Assembly (NCBI GenBank): GCA_025363455.1
Contig: JANYDW010000050.1
Coordinates: 2,839-66,838 of the forward strand
Source of the DNA: Oleiharenicola sp.
GTDB lineage: Bacteria > Verrucomicrobiota > Verrucomicrobiia > Opitutales > Opitutaceae
DNA length: 64,000 nucleotides
Direction of reading: 5' to 3'
A program made the position numbers and the translations under genes. The notes under the pieces are model-generated. The model saw only the letters and a list, made by a program, of their open reading frames with translations, had not been told where the DNA came from and did not search any database. Positions 61,995 through 64,000 of the stretch are shown in pieces. Numbering within the stretch: position 1 is the stretch's first letter; each line of letters starts with the position of its first letter.

Positions 61995-63017
61995 TTAACG
62001 GCCCTTTTTGAGCAGCTCGACTTCATGTCGCAGTGCGACGTTCTCTTTGTCCAATCGAATCAGGTGTAGCGTTAGTTCCTCCACCTTGGCGAGGAGCCGG
62101 GCCTGCATGTCCCCCAGGTTGACGCCGTCTTGGGCGATCTCGGCGGCGGAAGGGATGCCGGGGAGATGTTTCTTTTCCTTGATGAACTGCGCTACATCGC
62201 TGAGCGCTGACAGCTGATAGCATTCTTCAAACACATAGTCCGACCAGCCTGTCTGGTTTACCACCACGCCTCTGGCATGGATGTTGCCATTGACGCCCAG
62301 CTTGTAACTGCCGGGGTCTGTCGTGCCGATGCCGACGTTGCCGGAGGGGAAAACAACATTTTTCACTGAGTAGCTCCCGGTGTTACGAGTCACGAGCAGC
62401 CAATTGTCAGCCGCAGTGTAGGCGCTGTTCACAAATCGGCCGGTGAGCTGTCCGTTCCATTGAATCAACTCGGAAATCCTTTGATCGATGGTATCTCCGT
62501 CGTTGATGAGTTGGACTTGGATCTGTCCCGATCCGCGGCCAACGAGGGTTAGCGCCTGCAGAGATCCCCCCACCTCGACATTGCCGCTTTGTCTTATCCT
62601 CATTCGCTCGGTCAAGGTCGTGTCGCTCGCGGCATTCCGGGTATAGAAGGCCAGATCGCCCGTTGTGTTAGTGCTGCCATTGTTGATCAGGCCCTTGATG
62701 CCGGCCCAGTACCCTTGGAACGCGCCAAAGAGCAGCGAACCACCGTTGTTCACCGCTCCGCCGCTGTCCTGGAGGTACAATGCACCCGCGCCCACGGCCG
62801 GAGCGGACGCTCCCGCCGCCCCAAAGAGGTGGAGTTGGCTCGACGGACCCGGCGTGCCGATGCCGACATTGGTGTTGGAAGAAGAGCCGATGCCGCTAGT
62901 GCCGCTTGGCACGTAGAGGGTGGTCTGGGCAGAGGCGAGGCGGGCAGACGACAGATATCCGAGAACAGATAGCAGCAGAAGGAATCGGTGGAGAAAAACG
63001 GTGGATGGGTATTTCAT
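61995..63017 (-). CDS. secreted tail-fibre-like protein
   Basis: Start at MKYPSTVFLHRFLLLLSVLGYLSSARLASA. NVGIGT motifs near both ends. C-terminal GWSDYVFEE..KHLPGIPSA..LGDMQARLLAKVEELTL module. Confidence 0.8.
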   Translation of the reverse strand: MKYPSTVFLHRFLLLLSVLGYLSSARLASAQTTLYVPSGTSGIGSSSNTNVGIGTPGPSSQLHLFGAAGASAPAVGAGALYLQDSGGAVNNGGSLLFGAFQGYWAGIKGLINNGSTNTTGDLAFYTRNAASDTTLTERMRIRQSGNVEVGGSLQALTLVGRGSGQIQVQLINDGDTIDQRISELIQWNGQLTGRFVNSAYTAADNWLLVTRNTGSYSVKNVVFPSGNVGIGTTDPGSYKLGVNGNIHARGVVVNQTGWSDYVFEECYQLSALSDVAQFIKEKKHLPGIPSAAEIAQDGVNLGDMQARLLAKVEELTLHLIRLDKENVALRHEVELLKKGR

Positions 63018-63278
63018 GGGGGAAAGGACATCCCGGCCCAAGCTCCGCTTTGTCCGGAAAGGACCGAAGGGCGGTGTGGCCAGACGGGGGTGCATATCGC
63101 TAGGCGATTATGAGGGGGAGCGGCGACGTGGCCCCGGCGCGGCTCAGGAAAGTATCTTGATAAAGGCGCGCAGTATTTAGGCGGTCAAGCCGCAGTTGTT
63201 CACAATACCGACATCATAGCATAACAAGCCGGGCGGTCTTCCTTCAGGCAGGTGGTGCAAATTGTCATCGCAGGAGTC

Positions 63279-63385
63279 CCGCCCCGGGGGCGGCGTAGCA
63301 ATCCAGCCATTTCGACAAGCTCAAGGCCCCGAGCCTGTCGAGGGGCTGGATCGCCACGGCCCGAAGCTGCGGGGCTCGAGATGAC
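63279..63385. repeat. composite palindromic element with FDKL-type core
   Basis: CCGCCCCGGGGGCGG hairpin; GCAATCCAGCC / GGCTGGATCGC stem enclosing the core TTTCGACAAGCTCAAGGCCCCGAGCCTGTCGAGGG (32 of 35 identical to 46446-46480). Confidence 0.8.
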
Positions 63386-63418
63386 AAAACAGCTTAGTGA
63401 CGTTCCCTGTGCCGCATT

Positions 63419-64000
63419 TCAGCCAGGCTGGATAATGCGGGCCACGGCGGCGTGAAATTCGCGCAGGGCGAAGGGCTTGGGCAGGCAGGTACGGGCGTGC
63501 TGCTTCAGGAAATTCTGGAAGCTGTCCTTGATGACGTCACCGGTCATGAAAAGCATGCGCCGGGCGGCCTCCGGTTTGCGGGTGAGCAGTTCCTGATAGA
63601 GGTTCATCCCGTCCAACCCGGGCATCTTCCAGTCGGAGACAATGACATCGAAGTCGTGCTGCAGGATGAGCTCGAGCGCGGCTTGGCCGCTGCCAGCCGC
63701 GTCGACGTGGTGACCTTCGGAGCGGAGAATATCCTGAATCAGGGTGAGGATGGATTCCTCGTCGTCGATGACGAGCATGCGCAGGCTGCGGGGCTTGGGC
63801 GGGAGGGGAGGCACGGAATTGGACCGGAAGAGCACGGGGACCGGAGGCACCTCGGCGATGGGGAACTCCAGGATGAATTCGGTGCCCACCCCGGGCTGGC
63901 TTTCGGCCTGAATGCTGCCGCGGTGCTCCTGCACGATGCCGTAGGAGAGACTGAGCCCAAGCCCGGTGCCTTTGCCCTGTGGCTTGGTGGTGAAGAAGGG
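63419..64000 (-). CDS. hybrid sensor histidine kinase, C-terminal part (HATPase end + receiver); truncated by the window edge
   Basis: The reading frame continues to the window end (..[29 protein letters not shown]..). Receiver domain [27 protein letters not shown]. Confidence 0.85.
   Translation of the reverse strand, partial: PFFTTKPQGKGTGLGLSLSYGIVQEHRGSIQAESQPGVGTEFILEFPIAEVPPVPVLFRSNSVPPLPPKPRSLRMLVIDDEESILTLIQDILRSEGHHVDAAGSGQAALELILQHDFDVIVSDWKMPGLDGMNLYQELLTRKPEAARRMLFMTGDVIKDSFQNFLKQHARTCLPKPFALREFHAAVARIIQPG

Noticed and set aside
60413-62011. 532-aa + strand ORF in the accessory region, antisense to the giant gene and running across its start.
   Set aside because: Its composition is G/R/A/D-rich with no signal or motif. 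The minus-strand frame has a signal peptide and two clear FN3 repeats. The + ORF also reads straight through the REP at 61903.
56471-63095. Prophage or phage remnant, suggested by the tail-fibre-like protein.
   Set aside because: The window shows no integrase, terminase, capsid, portal, baseplate or lysis genes, no att-like direct repeats and no tRNA. All four products carry export signals, so I treated the region as a cellular surface operon.

Overview
This is a high-GC bacterial chromosomal segment; spot counts in core genes gave roughly 60-75 % GC. Positions 1-23.7 kb hold the conserved rpoC / str / S10 / spc / alpha ribosomal-protein supercluster on the + strand (rpoC, rpsL-rpsG-fusA, rpsJ through rplQ, secY, map). 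It has several oddities. tuf, rpmD, infA and rpmJ are missing from their usual slots. An adenylate-kinase-like ORF has lost every catalytic residue I can align. S11 and SecY carry extensions. Positions 23.7-56.4 kb are housekeeping and metabolic: Zn-ADH + SDR, DUF885, guaA, gltA, pdxJ-acpS-nnr-dprA, an nrdR operon, tgt, UDP-glucuronate decarboxylase, and a purine nucleoside permease with two DUF1624 paralogues. The same stretch also holds a circularly permuted ATP-grasp / alpha-E / transglutaminase triad, secA, a HAD hydrolase and lnt. A REP-associated tyrosine transposase (RAYT) sits at 54.1-54.7 kb, flanked by its own REP doublets. GTAG-headed palindromes of several sequence families are scattered through the window, and one doublet is inserted in frame inside nnr. 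Positions 56.5-63.0 kb are a lower-GC accessory operon encoding a tail-fibre-like protein, a 1076-aa FN3-containing secreted giant, a translationally coupled HEAT-like membrane protein and another secreted protein. This operon is my best candidate for an undescribed system. The window ends inside a hybrid sensor kinase. I saw no rRNA, tRNA, CRISPR array or prophage. Protein features and repeat types suggest Verrucomicrobiota (Opitutales-like), but that is inference only.
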